This document shows, piece by piece, positions 20,488 through 30,642 of a DNA stretch of 63,790 bases. The stretch's first letter is position 1, and every line of letters begins with the position of its first letter. Location: positions 1 to 63,790 of IMG/VR virus record IMGVR_UViG_3300036852_000142; one strand, given 5' to 3'. The DNA comes from a virus (lineage: Duplodnaviria > Caudoviricetes). The translations under genes were made by a program, and so were the position numbers. The notes below the pieces were generated by a model. That model was not told the origin of the DNA. It did no database searches and saw only the letters and a program-made list of their open reading frames with translations.

Positions 20488-20737
20488 GGCGCACCTCCTC
20501 GGTAATTACTCGGGCTTTGCTTTTTCCGCCGGAGGCGACGGGTTTGCAGTGAACGTCACTGAATAACTACCTGATTCAATCTGTGCGTTCGCTGGTAGAT
20601 GAATCACAAAATTCATGTATGGCTCACTGTTGGTAACAAATACCTCTTTTGCCGCGCTTGATGGAACCACTTTGATATTTACGTTTTCAAACTTCATAAT
20701 CGCCTCTCTTCAGCTTTCTTCAGTAACTCAGCTTTAA

Positions 20738-21184
20738 TTACACCGTCTTGCTAATGAATAGTCTGAACAGTCCGCCCAGGTTGAGATAGTGCTTTCCGGT
20801 GGCTGCATTGAATTCTTCCCGGTTAATCGGCTGTTCTCTGCGAGCAGTGAAGTAGTAATCTCCTGACGGTTGATATACGGCGACTCCAAGAACATCGTCG
20901 ATCCGCTTATCGACTTTCTTGACTGTGGCTGTTGGGCGGCCTTCGGTGACAACCCGGACTTGGAAGAGTGGTAAGGTTGCGAGCCTGACCGTCCCCAACC
21001 CGTCAATGTCTGAACCAGCCATAAAATTGAATAAACAATAAGGAAACACGCGACGGTCAGGAGGACTAGGAACAAAATCAGCATAGATCCGAGTGCTAAC
21101 CTCGGCAGTGATGTCCGCGTTTCCCGCGAGGGCAGCAGCGATCCATATTTTTGCTTGCTCAATTTCTGTGATGTCTCCGGCCAC
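20738..21184 (-). CDS. Tail terminator protein (DUF3168-like)
   Basis: ALAGNADITAEVSTRIY...FPYCLF; position in the neck module. Confidence 0.7.
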   Translation of the reverse strand: MAGDITEIEQAKIWIAAALAGNADITAEVSTRIYADFVPSPPDRRVFPYCLFNFMAGSDIDGLGTVRLATLPLFQVRVVTEGRPTATVKKVDKRIDDVLGVAVYQPSGDYYFTARREQPINREEFNAATGKHYLNLGGLFRLFISKTV

Positions 21185-21185
21185 A

Positions 21186-21512
21186 CTAGAAAATTCTCCC
21201 GATGCTCAATAACTGCTTCTTCGCGCTTTCATAAGCTGGCGTCATAAAAGGCTGTGCCTCTTGATCTAAAGTTCCATATTCAACAAATTCTGAGTAGTCA
21301 GCTTCTGACTCGGTAGCTGAACGGAGACTCGATTCACTAGCTTCCTCTGTTTGGCTTATGTGATCGCGCATGAATCCAGTGTCTACGGGTGCTAGTTCCT
21401 GAGCTAGAACAGCACAGGACTGGGCCGCAGAGTTCAACTGAAATACCGCTACGCCTTTTAGCTTCTCTGAGGCGCGTTGCAATTGTTCCAAGCCTTTTAG
21501 TTCAACTCTCAT
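21186..21512 (-). CDS. HK97 gp10-like tail-completion protein
   Basis: APVDTGFMRDHI...YSEFVEYGT...AQPFMTPA. Confidence 0.88.
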   Translation of the reverse strand: MRVELKGLEQLQRASEKLKGVAVFQLNSAAQSCAVLAQELAPVDTGFMRDHISQTEEASESSLRSATESEADYSEFVEYGTLDQEAQPFMTPAYESAKKQLLSIGRIF

Positions 21513-21886
21513 ATCTGTAAAGTAGCTTCTACTCTCACGAATGGACTGAGTGAATCAAATACCGGAACTGGATTTAGAAACGTTCGCGCTGATACGAGGC
21601 CATTGGCCCTCACCAGGATTTCATAATGCGGCTTGATGGCCATCGTCTTTGTTGTTGCCGGAAGTTTAAGCTCATGGTCTAAAGTAACAATCCCTTGTCC
21701 AGCTATCACCACTTGACGAGGACGAGAAGATTTATAAGAACAGGGAATTTTGCTTGCGCGACTTGTCGGCAGTTCCTCGTCACCAACTTTCTCTTTGAGA
21801 TCGCACAGATCCGGAAAGATCTCTCCTGCTACTTCAGCGAGTTCGCTTCTTACTTCGTCAATGGCTTCGGCGACGTCGTTCATCAA
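21509..21886 (-). CDS. Head closure / head-tail joining protein (putative)
   Basis: Size and synteny. Confidence 0.55.
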   Translation of the reverse strand: MMNDVAEAIDEVRSELAEVAGEIFPDLCDLKEKVGDEELPTSRASKIPCSYKSSRPRQVVIAGQGIVTLDHELKLPATTKTMAIKPHYEILVRANGLVSARTFLNPVPVFDSLSPFVRVEATLQI

Positions 21887-22200
21887 TAATCACATCCATT
21901 TGCGTAACTCGCGCTTACGGGAATATGAAACAAACCACCTGTTGTAGTCGTTGCTAACCCCAACCGTTCTGTAACTCGCTTGCGAATTGCGCGTCTGGCC
22001 CGCTCATTGTCAATGTCAATACCGTCTGCGCCGCCGACCATTCGCAAGTGTTTATCTTTAATCTCTTCCCATTTACCGACATCGTCATTCATGGCCGATT
22101 CTTGGGCTGAGTTGAGTTCTCCGCACAAAGACTCGATGGTTTCAAAAGTCTTGTTACCAACAATCTCCCGCACAGTCTCAAGTGCTGACTGATCAAGCAT
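21883..22200 (-). CDS. Head-tail adaptor (putative)
   Basis: Size and synteny after the capsid genes. Confidence 0.5.
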   Translation of the reverse strand: MLDQSALETVREIVGNKTFETIESLCGELNSAQESAMNDDVGKWEEIKDKHLRMVGGADGIDIDNERARRAIRKRVTERLGLATTTTGGLFHIPVSASYANGCDY

Positions 22201-22372
22201 TAGTCGTAACTTCCGTCTCCCTCTTCACCCTGCATGGCTGCTCGTGTTCTCTTCAATAACTCTTGATAAGCGAAGTCATCGCCTTGCAGTTTTTGTTCGA
22301 GAAACTCCTGAAATTCCGCACGTCTCTCGCACTGTCGCCGATATTCAAGTGCTCGTTCTTCTTCGGCAGTCA

Positions 22373-23128
22373 TCACGATCTCGTTATCTCAACCTCAACA
22401 TGACCCCCCGGATCGGCAAGGCCGGTTGTGCCAACGTGCGTTGAGATAAATGCTAATACATCACCAGCCGCGACTGCCCGATCATCAATGGCACCATCAC
22501 CCCCAGCAACTGTATTTGTGGATGTAGGGGCGTCAGTCAACCCCGCGCATGTACCATTGTTGATGTCAATGTTCATGGTCTGATCATCGATGGCAGCCTC
22601 TTTTGCAGTAAGAACGACATTGGCACCCGTGCCGCTAACATCGAAGAAATCGGAAATGTCGGCATCGGCCGCAAGTGCAGTGCGGATCTTTCCACCTACT
22701 TTGTTAGCAGTGTCGCCTAAAGCCACTGCCACTGATTTTGTTTTAGGCGAACCCGTCATCCCGTCTGCCGTTACGATTACCGTGGCATTTCCGGCCGTAG
22801 TAATGGTTCCGACAACGGTTGCGGTTTCGACTTGAAGCGTACCCGCGAGATTTAGAGCAGTTTCATCAGCAGCAGGAGCATTTACTCCACTGATAAATGC
22901 CTTGGCCGCAATCTCATCGGTTCCTGAACCTGCTTGACCCTTATTTACAATAGAGAGCGTACGAGACTCGGTGTCAGCGCCCGTCAGTACGGCGCTTGCC
23001 ATAAAACTGACAGCCGTAACAACTCCATCAAAAGGAGCCTCCCCAAGTATGGTGGTTTTATCTGCGTTGGCAGCTACAGCTGGCGCATCAGCAGTTAACG
23101 ACCTGACAAGCGGTGACTGTTCACTCAT
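22373..23128 (-). CDS. Virion structural / decoration protein
   Basis: Ala/Thr/Gly-rich beta protein downstream of the MCP. Confidence 0.55.
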   Translation of the reverse strand: MSEQSPLVRSLTADAPAVAANADKTTILGEAPFDGVVTAVSFMASAVLTGADTESRTLSIVNKGQAGSGTDEIAAKAFISGVNAPAADETALNLAGTLQVETATVVGTITTAGNATVIVTADGMTGSPKTKSVAVALGDTANKVGGKIRTALAADADISDFFDVSGTGANVVLTAKEAAIDDQTMNIDINNGTCAGLTDAPTSTNTVAGGDGAIDDRAVAAGDVLAFISTHVGTTGLADPGGHVEVEITRS

Positions 23129-23339
23129 TCTGCTTTACTCCTCTTTTCGGTGTAACCCTTGTCTGTGTAGTTCCCCCGATGGGCAAGTTTGCGATTAACA
23201 TTCACGGTCTTGCCATCAGGCCGAACCATGGGAACAGAAGTTCGCTTGATCGAATTCTTAAAACTCTCGCTTGCTTCAAACCGTTGGCTTACTACTTGGC
23301 CATCGGCATTTTTAATAGGGATAGACTTTACGGAGGCCA

Positions 23340-23582
23340 TTATTTCTTCTCCTTAACAGGTTGGGTTCCAGTGAACTTAGTGCCGCCAACCTTTTCAGCC
23401 ATCTTCGGATCTGTTTCAGGAGTCGGCGCCCCGCTCGTCACACCTGCAACTGAGTAGTTCTCGTCCGGCGTAGTGTCCACCTTGACGCCGCGATAGCCTT
23501 GATCTTGTTCCTTGTCCATCTTGGCTTGCGCTTGCTCACCACCTAGATCGCCGCCTTGCTTGGCGGTTCCTTTATCTGCCAT
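23340..23582 (-). CDS. Small capsid-adjacent hypothetical protein
   Basis: QGYRG..DTTPDENYSVAGV..PTPETD; SD GAGGGAGG. Confidence 0.55.
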   Translation of the reverse strand: MADKGTAKQGGDLGGEQAQAKMDKEQDQGYRGVKVDTTPDENYSVAGVTSGAPTPETDPKMAEKVGGTKFTGTQPVKEKK

Positions 23583-23598
23583 TTTCTTCCTCCCTCGG

Positions 23599-24540
23599 TT
23601 ACGGAGTTACAAGAACGCCGAATGGATAGCGATCCGCTTCAGTTGGCTCTTGATAGTTGATTACATTGGCAACCTGCCAAGCCACCCGGAAAGTCAAGCG
23701 CATTGCAACCATATCTTGTTGGGCAAGGTTGAATACAATCGCTCCGGTGTTGTCTTGAATAACTGCCTGGTCGAGAATCTTCCAAGTGAAGTCTTTACGA
23801 ACGCCAATGATTGAGTTTGAGAAGTCACCTGCAAAGAGTTCAGCGGAATTGGCCCCAGTGGGCCAGAGGCCATCCATCGAAATCTGGTACTTCGCGCCTT
23901 CAACCATCTGGGCATTAAGATCAACATCAAGCAATCTCTCGCCTTGCGTTGATCTTACCTGCCGGAATCGGCCGAGGTAGCTTCGCTGGGTAACTATTCC
24001 GGTAACTGCGAAGCCGTCGGCTTCGACCGTTGCCATAACATCGGAGATGTCGCCAGCCAACCCGCCTGTCGCAGCCGCGTTTGTTCCACGATTCACTGTA
24101 TTACCCGCAGCCGCTGCAGCTGTCGCGACATCGTCAGGCCAAGAAGCGGGCTTGTTGACCCCGAAGAAGATCGCCGCATCCAGAGTTCGCCCGGCAGCCT
24201 GTTCGAGTAGCGGTCTCACCGTACCCCAGATGTCAAACGAAGCATCATCCAAAACGTTTTCAGGGATTGGCACAATAGCGGCAATCTCTTCAACGTTCAG
24301 ATACTTATTCGCCCAATTGACTTCCGTTGTCTGCTTGAGGCCAGTATCACCATTAACAAAATAGGCAGTCGGCAAAGCAGACAATACTGGCATGCGCGTT
24401 TGCGCCGTGGACATAGCCACACGGATCGACAACGCGAGTGCCGCTGATTGGCTTTGAAGGTTTTTGAGGATCTCATTCGACACTTGCTCGGGGACAAGCG
24501 CCGCTGCCTCAGTTCGAGAAATAATATTTGTGTAAGCCAC
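23599..24540 (-). CDS. Major capsid protein (HK97 fold)
   Basis: LVPEQVSNEI, EEIAAIVPIPENVLDD, GDFS, NLAQQDMVAMR. Confidence 0.93.
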   Translation of the reverse strand: MAYTNIISRTEAAALVPEQVSNEILKNLQSQSAALALSIRVAMSTAQTRMPVLSALPTAYFVNGDTGLKQTTEVNWANKYLNVEEIAAIVPIPENVLDDASFDIWGTVRPLLEQAAGRTLDAAIFFGVNKPASWPDDVATAAAAAGNTVNRGTNAAATGGLAGDISDVMATVEADGFAVTGIVTQRSYLGRFRQVRSTQGERLLDVDLNAQMVEGAKYQISMDGLWPTGANSAELFAGDFSNSIIGVRKDFTWKILDQAVIQDNTGAIVFNLAQQDMVAMRLTFRVAWQVANVINYQEPTEADRYPFGVLVTP

Positions 24541-24552
24541 CTCTTATCTCCT

Positions 24553-25146
24553 TTAGGCACCGTAGCCGGCGCGTTGGCGGATCAGCGTGTTCATATCAGG
24601 AGAGCCGCTTGAACGAGCGCCTACGCCGCCGTCAGCCGATCCTGTTATTACGCCGAAAAGTTCTGGAGCCTCTACCTTTGCCTGGGTAACGAGGTCTTTA
24701 AGGTTTACGACCTTACCCTCGTCGTCGAACTCGAAGTCGTGTTCGATGAATCGCACTAAAGCACGTGTATTTCGTACGGTCACGCCATTGCGCTTGTCGG
24801 CAATATAAGCCTCAACTTGATCACGCGCCCGGAAGCGACGTAACTCTGTTTCAGCGGTTTCGGCTCGGGTTTTCAGCTCTTCCGCAGTTGGTTGGCCCTC
24901 TTTCTCGCCGCTAACCTCTTTCGCAATCTCCTTCCGTGCCTGCTTGTGAAGCTGGGGCATCTTGGCTCTTATTGCGTTTTCGAGAGCGGTCTTGAATTCG
25001 GGCGTCTGCGTAATATCGACTTTTGCAGCCTCAGTTTTTGCGGCCTGAGTTTCCGCGCCCGCTTTGGAGTCATCCGTTTTTTTACCGTCATCGGCTGACG
25101 TTTCTTTCGACTCCTCTTCGGTGGTGGTCTTTTCTTCTTCTGCCAT
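24553..25146 (-). CDS. Capsid scaffolding protein
   Basis: Acidic N-terminus, coiled coil, PELF...GSADGG..DMNTLIR; directly upstream of the MCP. Confidence 0.8.
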   Translation of the reverse strand: MAEEEKTTTEEESKETSADDGKKTDDSKAGAETQAAKTEAAKVDITQTPEFKTALENAIRAKMPQLHKQARKEIAKEVSGEKEGQPTAEELKTRAETAETELRRFRARDQVEAYIADKRNGVTVRNTRALVRFIEHDFEFDDEGKVVNLKDLVTQAKVEAPELFGVITGSADGGVGARSSGSPDMNTLIRQRAGYGA

Positions 25147-25181
25147 AGATTCCTTTCTTGGCCTAGCAAACTAGCACGGAA

Positions 25182-25358
25182 CTATTTTTTACGTTTTCCA
25201 CGACGGCTGAGCTTGGCCTGTTTGAGCGCAATAGCAATCTTCTGCGCGCGCGGGCGCCGCTTACTGCCCTTTGAGCTCAACTCATGCATTACCCGGCTTA
25301 CAACACGGCGCTTGGTGGCTTTCTTCATTCCTTTCCTAGCTTTTGGAAGCGGCATCAT
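25182..25358 (-). CDS. Small highly basic protein (DUF6496-like)
   Basis: RVMHEL...QKIAIAL. Confidence 0.55.
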   Translation of the reverse strand: MMPLPKARKGMKKATKRRVVSRVMHELSSKGSKRRPRAQKIAIALKQAKLSRRGKRKK

Positions 25359-25639
25359 CCAACTCCTATGTCTTGAAGAATCCCATAATATGTTCAACAG
25401 AATAGAACAAAACTTCCTTTAATTTCGGGTCACTTGGCTCGAAGACTTCGTTGCGTTCAGTTAGGAACCTTCTGACAATCTCTTTTCCGCCAAACGCACG
25501 GACTTTGATAAGGCTTCCTCGTTTGAGGCTCATAAAACCACCCTCCTATGAAGCGGCATCATGTCAATACCGAAAAGTAAAATCCAAGATAATCTGCACA
25601 GGGTATGTGCGGGTATGTGCCATGCGCGCACGGCCGGAA

Positions 25640-25987
25640 TTAGGGTATAACACCCTTGGCATCCATAACGAAGGCGTGATGATGTTTCGGCTTATCGACA
25701 AATTGCCTGACTGTGACGATGTGAATGGGGGCGAACGGGATCATCATGCGTTTGTTGTGTTCCCTGAGATCGATATAACCAGTTCCGCGCTTTTCAATTA
25801 CTGAATAACCGTGATCACAAATGAACTCTTTCGCAAAGTCTGTATTGATTCCTGCCTTGTTGAAATCATTTTGGAACTCTGTGGCTACCTCGTCATAACC
25901 CCAGCCCAGAACCATTGCTATACAAGCAATAACGCATCCTTTATCATGCTTGGCAACAACATGCTTAACTCCCTTTTTAACCGTCAC
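25640..25987 (-). pseudogene. C39-like cysteine peptidase, apparently interrupted near its C-terminus
   Basis: GCVIACIAMVLG and HAFVMD motifs; ends abruptly at GVIP*. Confidence 0.45.
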
Positions 25988-27321
25988 GCAATCACCTCTG
26001 ATTGCCCATTAGTCCTCTCTTCTTCCTTAGGTTCGGACTCTTCAGATTGAACCGCATTCTGCATGTCTTGAATCTGCTTTTCTGAATATCCAAGTTCACT
26101 CCAGACAACTTCCTGCGGAATGCCTAAGTCCTTCACTTTCGTTGACGCCTGCTTTATCTGCTCGCCTTCGTTTCTCGTTTCAGTATTCAGCCATTTAGCC
26201 TCTGGTTCGTATTCACCTTTGCCAGCAATTTGTAGCGCAAAGCGCATGGCATCAGACCACACTCCGCCCCAAGCCTCAGACTTGTCGTTAATCTTTGCCG
26301 TCAACGGAGCTTCGGCAGTCTTTAATGATTCGCCTGACGGATATGTACCTTCAAGAGAAAAGAAGTGGAGAGGAGTGCGGCTGACGCGAGCGATCTCTTT
26401 ACGAAATCCGTCAATAATAGAAAGATAATGTGAGACGTCAGATGGCTCAAATTGCCCAAACTTTATATCTTTAGATGTGGAGCCCCATACTCCGCCAGCA
26501 AGTAGCGGATACTTCTTCTTGGCCTCTGCAAGCGTCAGATCGTCCTCAAGTCCAATGGCCCACCTCTGGGGCACTCCGTAGAACTCAGAAGCAACAAGCA
26601 TATCGGCAATAGACTTGTTCAACGCATCTTGGACGGGAATTGCCTCTTGCAGTTCGGAGATCCCGAGTGAGCCTATGCCGGTACGATTGCCGAAGTGGAA
26701 TACAGGAACCTTGTCATAATTGTTTTTAATGGGCCAGGGCTCGCCTTCAGCTTCGAATCTAATAAAAGCCTCGGCACGATCTGGCAACCCACCATGAACT
26801 TTCTCTCGGGTGATGTACTTTTCTATCCGATCTCTAAAGTAGAGTGTAAGCCTCGATTTATTTTCAACTGTCCAAGCCTTTGCCGCCCGAGTGATATAGC
26901 CTGGTTGCTCATCGTCATACTCTGTGACAATCGCAGTCGCGCGGTTTGGGTAGAACGTTGGGAAATCCTCTTTGTCGGGCCAGATTATTAAATACCCATC
27001 GCCCTCAATCAAACTATCAAGATGCACTTCGTTTGCCCTGACCTTCAATCGGTTACGGCGCCAGATCTCATCTATGGAAGGCCGAACATCTTGCCCTTGT
27101 GGAACGGTAAAGCCATCGAGTTTGAGCCGATCTTTAACGGTCTCGCAGACACATGGGCATAGATTGTCCGCGAAGGCTTTGAATAGCCTTCCAAACGCTG
27201 ATTGAAGTTTTTCAGAGGCAAAAGCTAAGCGATGATTACCATCGTAGTAGTTGCGGGCTAAAGTATAGGAATTTCTGCGTGAGGCAAACTCTGTGAGCGC
27301 CCATTTAATGTCATCTGTCAC
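25984..27321 (-). CDS. Portal protein (SPP1 gp6-like)
   Basis: NYYDGNH, VPVFHF, GISEL, PQRWAIG, PSGESLKTAE. Confidence 0.9.
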   Translation of the reverse strand: MTDDIKWALTEFASRRNSYTLARNYYDGNHRLAFASEKLQSAFGRLFKAFADNLCPCVCETVKDRLKLDGFTVPQGQDVRPSIDEIWRRNRLKVRANEVHLDSLIEGDGYLIIWPDKEDFPTFYPNRATAIVTEYDDEQPGYITRAAKAWTVENKSRLTLYFRDRIEKYITREKVHGGLPDRAEAFIRFEAEGEPWPIKNNYDKVPVFHFGNRTGIGSLGISELQEAIPVQDALNKSIADMLVASEFYGVPQRWAIGLEDDLTLAEAKKKYPLLAGGVWGSTSKDIKFGQFEPSDVSHYLSIIDGFRKEIARVSRTPLHFFSLEGTYPSGESLKTAEAPLTAKINDKSEAWGGVWSDAMRFALQIAGKGEYEPEAKWLNTETRNEGEQIKQASTKVKDLGIPQEVVWSELGYSEKQIQDMQNAVQSEESEPKEEERTNGQSEVIA

Positions 27322-27327
27322 ACCCGA

Positions 27328-27354
27328 AGAGTAGCAAGAACTCGAACTTTATTT
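27328..27354 (-). promoter_or_regulatory. Putative late promoter for a leaderless portal mRNA (AAATAAA-N14-TACTCT)
   Basis: -10-like box 6 nt before the GTG start. Confidence 0.7.
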
Positions 27355-27357
27355 CTG

Positions 27358-28779
27358 TTACCAGTTTAGTGAACGACCTTCTCTGGCTTCTGAAGCCTGA
27401 TAAGCCATCGCGCCAGCCACAAACGAATCGGGTGGATGCCCAGACCCTCCTAAATCATCATTAGTACAATATCGGTGCTCGCCTTCGCAGTAACGGATCT
27501 TTGGCGATACGATCGATCCGTTCTCAATTGCGGCAATATAGTCTGTAAACACGTCAGCGCGAACCTGCCCAACTAAGACAATGCCCTCGGCCTTTACAGT
27601 TAGATAGTCATCTACTACGTTCCCGATTCCTGTCTTATCGTGACATGCCCTACCACCATATCGTTCAACCCGTTCATTGAATTTTTTAATCATCATCGGC
27701 CAAGCCATGCGCCCTAACCTGATCCAAGAAACGCGCTTCATTGGGCGACAGTCAATCCGCCAAGTATCAATAATCGTCCAGTCTTTTTCTTTTGCCCAAT
27801 CACAGCCGTGAGCATACTTTGCGCCTTGGACAGGAACTTCTATCTCAACTTCCCGCCCTGCTTCACCTGTATACTCACCTAGATTCTTTTGAAAACATGC
27901 ATCGACCTTTTCAGGAAGTATCGCCCTTCCTTCCGGACTGGGCTCCTGAAGATCATATTCAGCCTGCCACATTGAGGCGGTCACTTCACCGCGCTTGGAT
28001 TCGATTTCGCTTTGTGTTAGCCATCCATCAGGTTCCGCACTTGTTTCCTTCCAGCACCATTCCTGCACTGGCCATCCGTTCTCGCTAGCTCGCTTTAATA
28101 CTTCCGTAAACGTTGCATCTGCATAATGGTGGGTGGAACTCAATACTGTCTGTTTCGGCACCGTTAGAGTTGACATCGGTTGCCCCATCGCGGCATCGAG
28201 AATTTCCAGATCCATTTCGTCAACCTCATCGCAGCGAAGCCTGGAAGGGTGCGGACCGCGAGCTGACTTGCTCGAAGCCATAAGTGCGGTAACAATCCCA
28301 CCACCGCGATAGCGGGTTCTGCGTTGAATATTTTCTTCACCGCTTGACCACTTCTGTAAGTATTCGAGAACGCGAGTTGACTGCTCTCCAGAGCCACCAA
28401 GAATTGTTACCTCAGCACCGAGCGTGTCGGCTTCGCAGTGGCCTAATAGAGCTAACAGATAAGTCTTGCCGCCAAAGCCCCGGCTGGCCTTCCATATCGT
28501 TACTCCATGGCGCGCAAAGTACGCGTCTGCGAACGCACGGAATGGCGTTGTGTGGTTTGGACAAACTTGGTTATCAGGAATTCGCAGTCCAAAGGTATTA
28601 AAGAGAAAGGCCTTTAATTCAGCATCATTATGTGGCCCTTGTTGGGCTGCGCGGACTGGCTCAATGTCCGTTGGATTCAGCCAATTGGCGACTTCCTGAA
28701 CCAACGAGTCTTGTAAATTCGCTTGAGGCAGAGGCGAAGATGGAATTTCTAAGGGTCGTGTCTGTGACATGCTTCTCAA
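27358..28779 (-). CDS. terL: Terminase large subunit (true start probably somewhat downstream)
   Basis: Walker A SRGFGGKT, Walker B LRCDEVDE, nuclease GCDWAKEKD, DKTGIG, HPPDS. Confidence 0.9.
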   Translation of the reverse strand: MRSMSQTRPLEIPSSPLPQANLQDSLVQEVANWLNPTDIEPVRAAQQGPHNDAELKAFLFNTFGLRIPDNQVCPNHTTPFRAFADAYFARHGVTIWKASRGFGGKTYLLALLGHCEADTLGAEVTILGGSGEQSTRVLEYLQKWSSGEENIQRRTRYRGGGIVTALMASSKSARGPHPSRLRCDEVDEMDLEILDAAMGQPMSTLTVPKQTVLSSTHHYADATFTEVLKRASENGWPVQEWCWKETSAEPDGWLTQSEIESKRGEVTASMWQAEYDLQEPSPEGRAILPEKVDACFQKNLGEYTGEAGREVEIEVPVQGAKYAHGCDWAKEKDWTIIDTWRIDCRPMKRVSWIRLGRMAWPMMIKKFNERVERYGGRACHDKTGIGNVVDDYLTVKAEGIVLVGQVRADVFTDYIAAIENGSIVSPKIRYCEGEHRYCTNDDLGGSGHPPDSFVAGAMAYQASEAREGRSLNW

Positions 28780-29338
28780 CGGCGCGCTTCAATCCTTCTG
28801 TAATGGCGCGCATCATCTCCCGAACAGCCTGTGCAGTAAGCATTTCTTGGTTTTCAACGGCGCGCTTCCTTTGCGATTCTACAACCTTTGTCTTTTTGAT
28901 AACGAGTTCTTCAATCTTTTCCCACGCGTCCCAATCCGCTGCGCCTTCCACTAGCAATTCACCGAGCGCATTCAAACTTGCCGCCATGGCCACGGTGTTG
29001 CCTGCCTGTCGCGCTTCTCGCGCATCATTGTAATTCTGAAGAGCCTGCTTCCACTTTTCCCCTGATTCGCCAGAGTCAACCCGTTTGGCAACGTCCATTA
29101 AGCGAGAATGAAGAAGTTTGATGTCTTCAGTTAGATCGAGAAGATCACGACCTTCTAACGCCTGAAAGAGTTCAGCAAAGCGAGTGGGCAAATATTTCGA
29201 GTAAAGTCCGTGTTTGAATGACGGAGCCATTGGGCCGGCGAGGGACTTTCCGCCGTGGTGGTAGCAAACATCTTTACCGCGCATCGCATTCGCGCCGCAT
29301 TTTTGCTTCGTTCGCTTGCTTGTTCGAATACACTTCAC
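28661..29338 (-). CDS. terS: Terminase small subunit (HGGxSTG-type)
   Basis: C...CYHHGGKS...KHGLYSK; directly upstream of terL. Confidence 0.75.
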   Translation of the reverse strand: MKCIRTSKRTKQKCGANAMRGKDVCYHHGGKSLAGPMAPSFKHGLYSKYLPTRFAELFQALEGRDLLDLTEDIKLLHSRLMDVAKRVDSGESGEKWKQALQNYNDAREARQAGNTVAMAASLNALGELLVEGAADWDAWEKIEELVIKKTKVVESQRKRAVENQEMLTAQAVREMMRAITEGLKRAVEKHVTDTTLRNSIFASASSEFTRLVGSGSRQLAESNGH

Positions 29339-29365
29339 TCAAGAGGGTTCCTTAAACTCATACGG

Positions 29366-30505
29366 TCACGCAGCACGGGTTATCTTCTCAGATATTAGTT
29401 TCGGAGAGAGACCAAGAGCGGAGAGACGTTCAAGACAAACCGCCACGTAGGAAGCGGACAGTTCAACGGCATAACACCTGCGATTTAGGTTTTGCGCGGC
29501 CACTAATGTTGTGCCGCTCCCGCTGAACGGTTCAAAGATTAGTTGTTCGGTTTTTGGACTGAGACGCTCAACTAACCATTCCCACACTTTAATTGGTTTC
29601 GATGTCGGGTGTATTTGCTCGCCCTCTCGGTCTACCGCCATCACAATGGAGTCGGGTCTACCGCCTAATCCATGCGCCAAGTAAGGGTCTTTCCCATAGA
29701 CAAGAATCGGGTGAAATTGAGTAAAACCCCACGAACTATTACCCATACCTGCTGGGTGTATCCATGCCATTACCCAGTTTGGCCGGGGATAGTCCCACAT
29801 AAGCCTGTGTCCGCTCGTGAGCGCGATTGGGCAGTTAAGCGATAGAAGTATCGGCATGAACTTATTGACGAGCGCTAGAGCGTTTTCTGTTGAATCATGA
29901 AAGTCCGAATAAGCAATCCCCACACCATATGGGGGGTCCGTTACTACAGCGTCCGGTGTTTCGCCATTGAGTAGCCGCTTAATATCATCAAGGTTAGTAC
30001 AGTCACCGCATAACAAGCGGTGCTTTCCAATTTCCCAAAGCTGTCCGCGTTGAACTTTCCACTTCTCTTGTAGTTCAGCCGCCTTATCGATCATTTCAGC
30101 AACGGCTGATTCATCTTCTTCAAGCCTATGCCCGTTTCCAGTCCAGTCGTCAGGAATATCAACGCCCCAATCAGAAAGCGGAAGGTCTGACCATTCATTT
30201 GCAAGGCAGTCCCAATCCCATTCGCCAAAGCCAGCATTATCTTTAATGATGAATTCCTGCTTCTGTTCGGGAGTGAGTTCGGAAACTTTCTTAATCCATT
30301 CGTCAGGAATGTCTTTATAGCCTAAAGACTTAAGGGCTTGGAGGCGCATGTTCCCACCCAAGACAATCCCTTGATCGTCTACCACGATCGGCCGGAGGTT
30401 CATCATTTGCGGAAATTCTTGGAGGGACTTCTTCAGGCGAGTAAACTTTTCGTCTTTAATAATTCGAGGGTTCTGCGGATTGGATGTAATTTCAGCAAGC
30501 CTCAA
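29366..30505 (-). CDS. ParB-like nuclease domain fused to an N4/N6 DNA methyltransferase
   Basis: NPQNPR, PIVVD..GGNMRL, DNAGFGEWD; TDPPY, HPTSKP, EPFSGSGTT; likely TTG start at 30505. Confidence 0.88.
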   Translation of the reverse strand: MRLAEITSNPQNPRIIKDEKFTRLKKSLQEFPQMMNLRPIVVDDQGIVLGGNMRLQALKSLGYKDIPDEWIKKVSELTPEQKQEFIIKDNAGFGEWDWDCLANEWSDLPLSDWGVDIPDDWTGNGHRLEEDESAVAEMIDKAAELQEKWKVQRGQLWEIGKHRLLCGDCTNLDDIKRLLNGETPDAVVTDPPYGVGIAYSDFHDSTENALALVNKFMPILLSLNCPIALTSGHRLMWDYPRPNWVMAWIHPAGMGNSSWGFTQFHPILVYGKDPYLAHGLGGRPDSIVMAVDREGEQIHPTSKPIKVWEWLVERLSPKTEQLIFEPFSGSGTTLVAAQNLNRRCYAVELSASYVAVCLERLSALGLSPKLISEKITRAA

Positions 30506-30642
30506 AACAACCCTCTCCCACCATAAAACCAGAGAGTAAAAGCTAAGCCAGTCCAGTAGGCAATTCTGCCTGCCTCTGATGGCTTGCCCTCTGTTGCTAG
30601 ATAGATGACGAGTCCTATTACGCAGATGATTAAGGCGATCAT
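30502..30642 (-). CDS. 46-aa membrane peptide (not in the ORF track)
   Basis: MIALIICVIGLVIYLATEGKPSEAGRIAYWTGLAFTLWFYGGRGLF; its stop overlaps the methylase TTG. Confidence 0.5.
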   Translation of the reverse strand: MIALIICVIGLVIYLATEGKPSEAGRIAYWTGLAFTLWFYGGRGLF

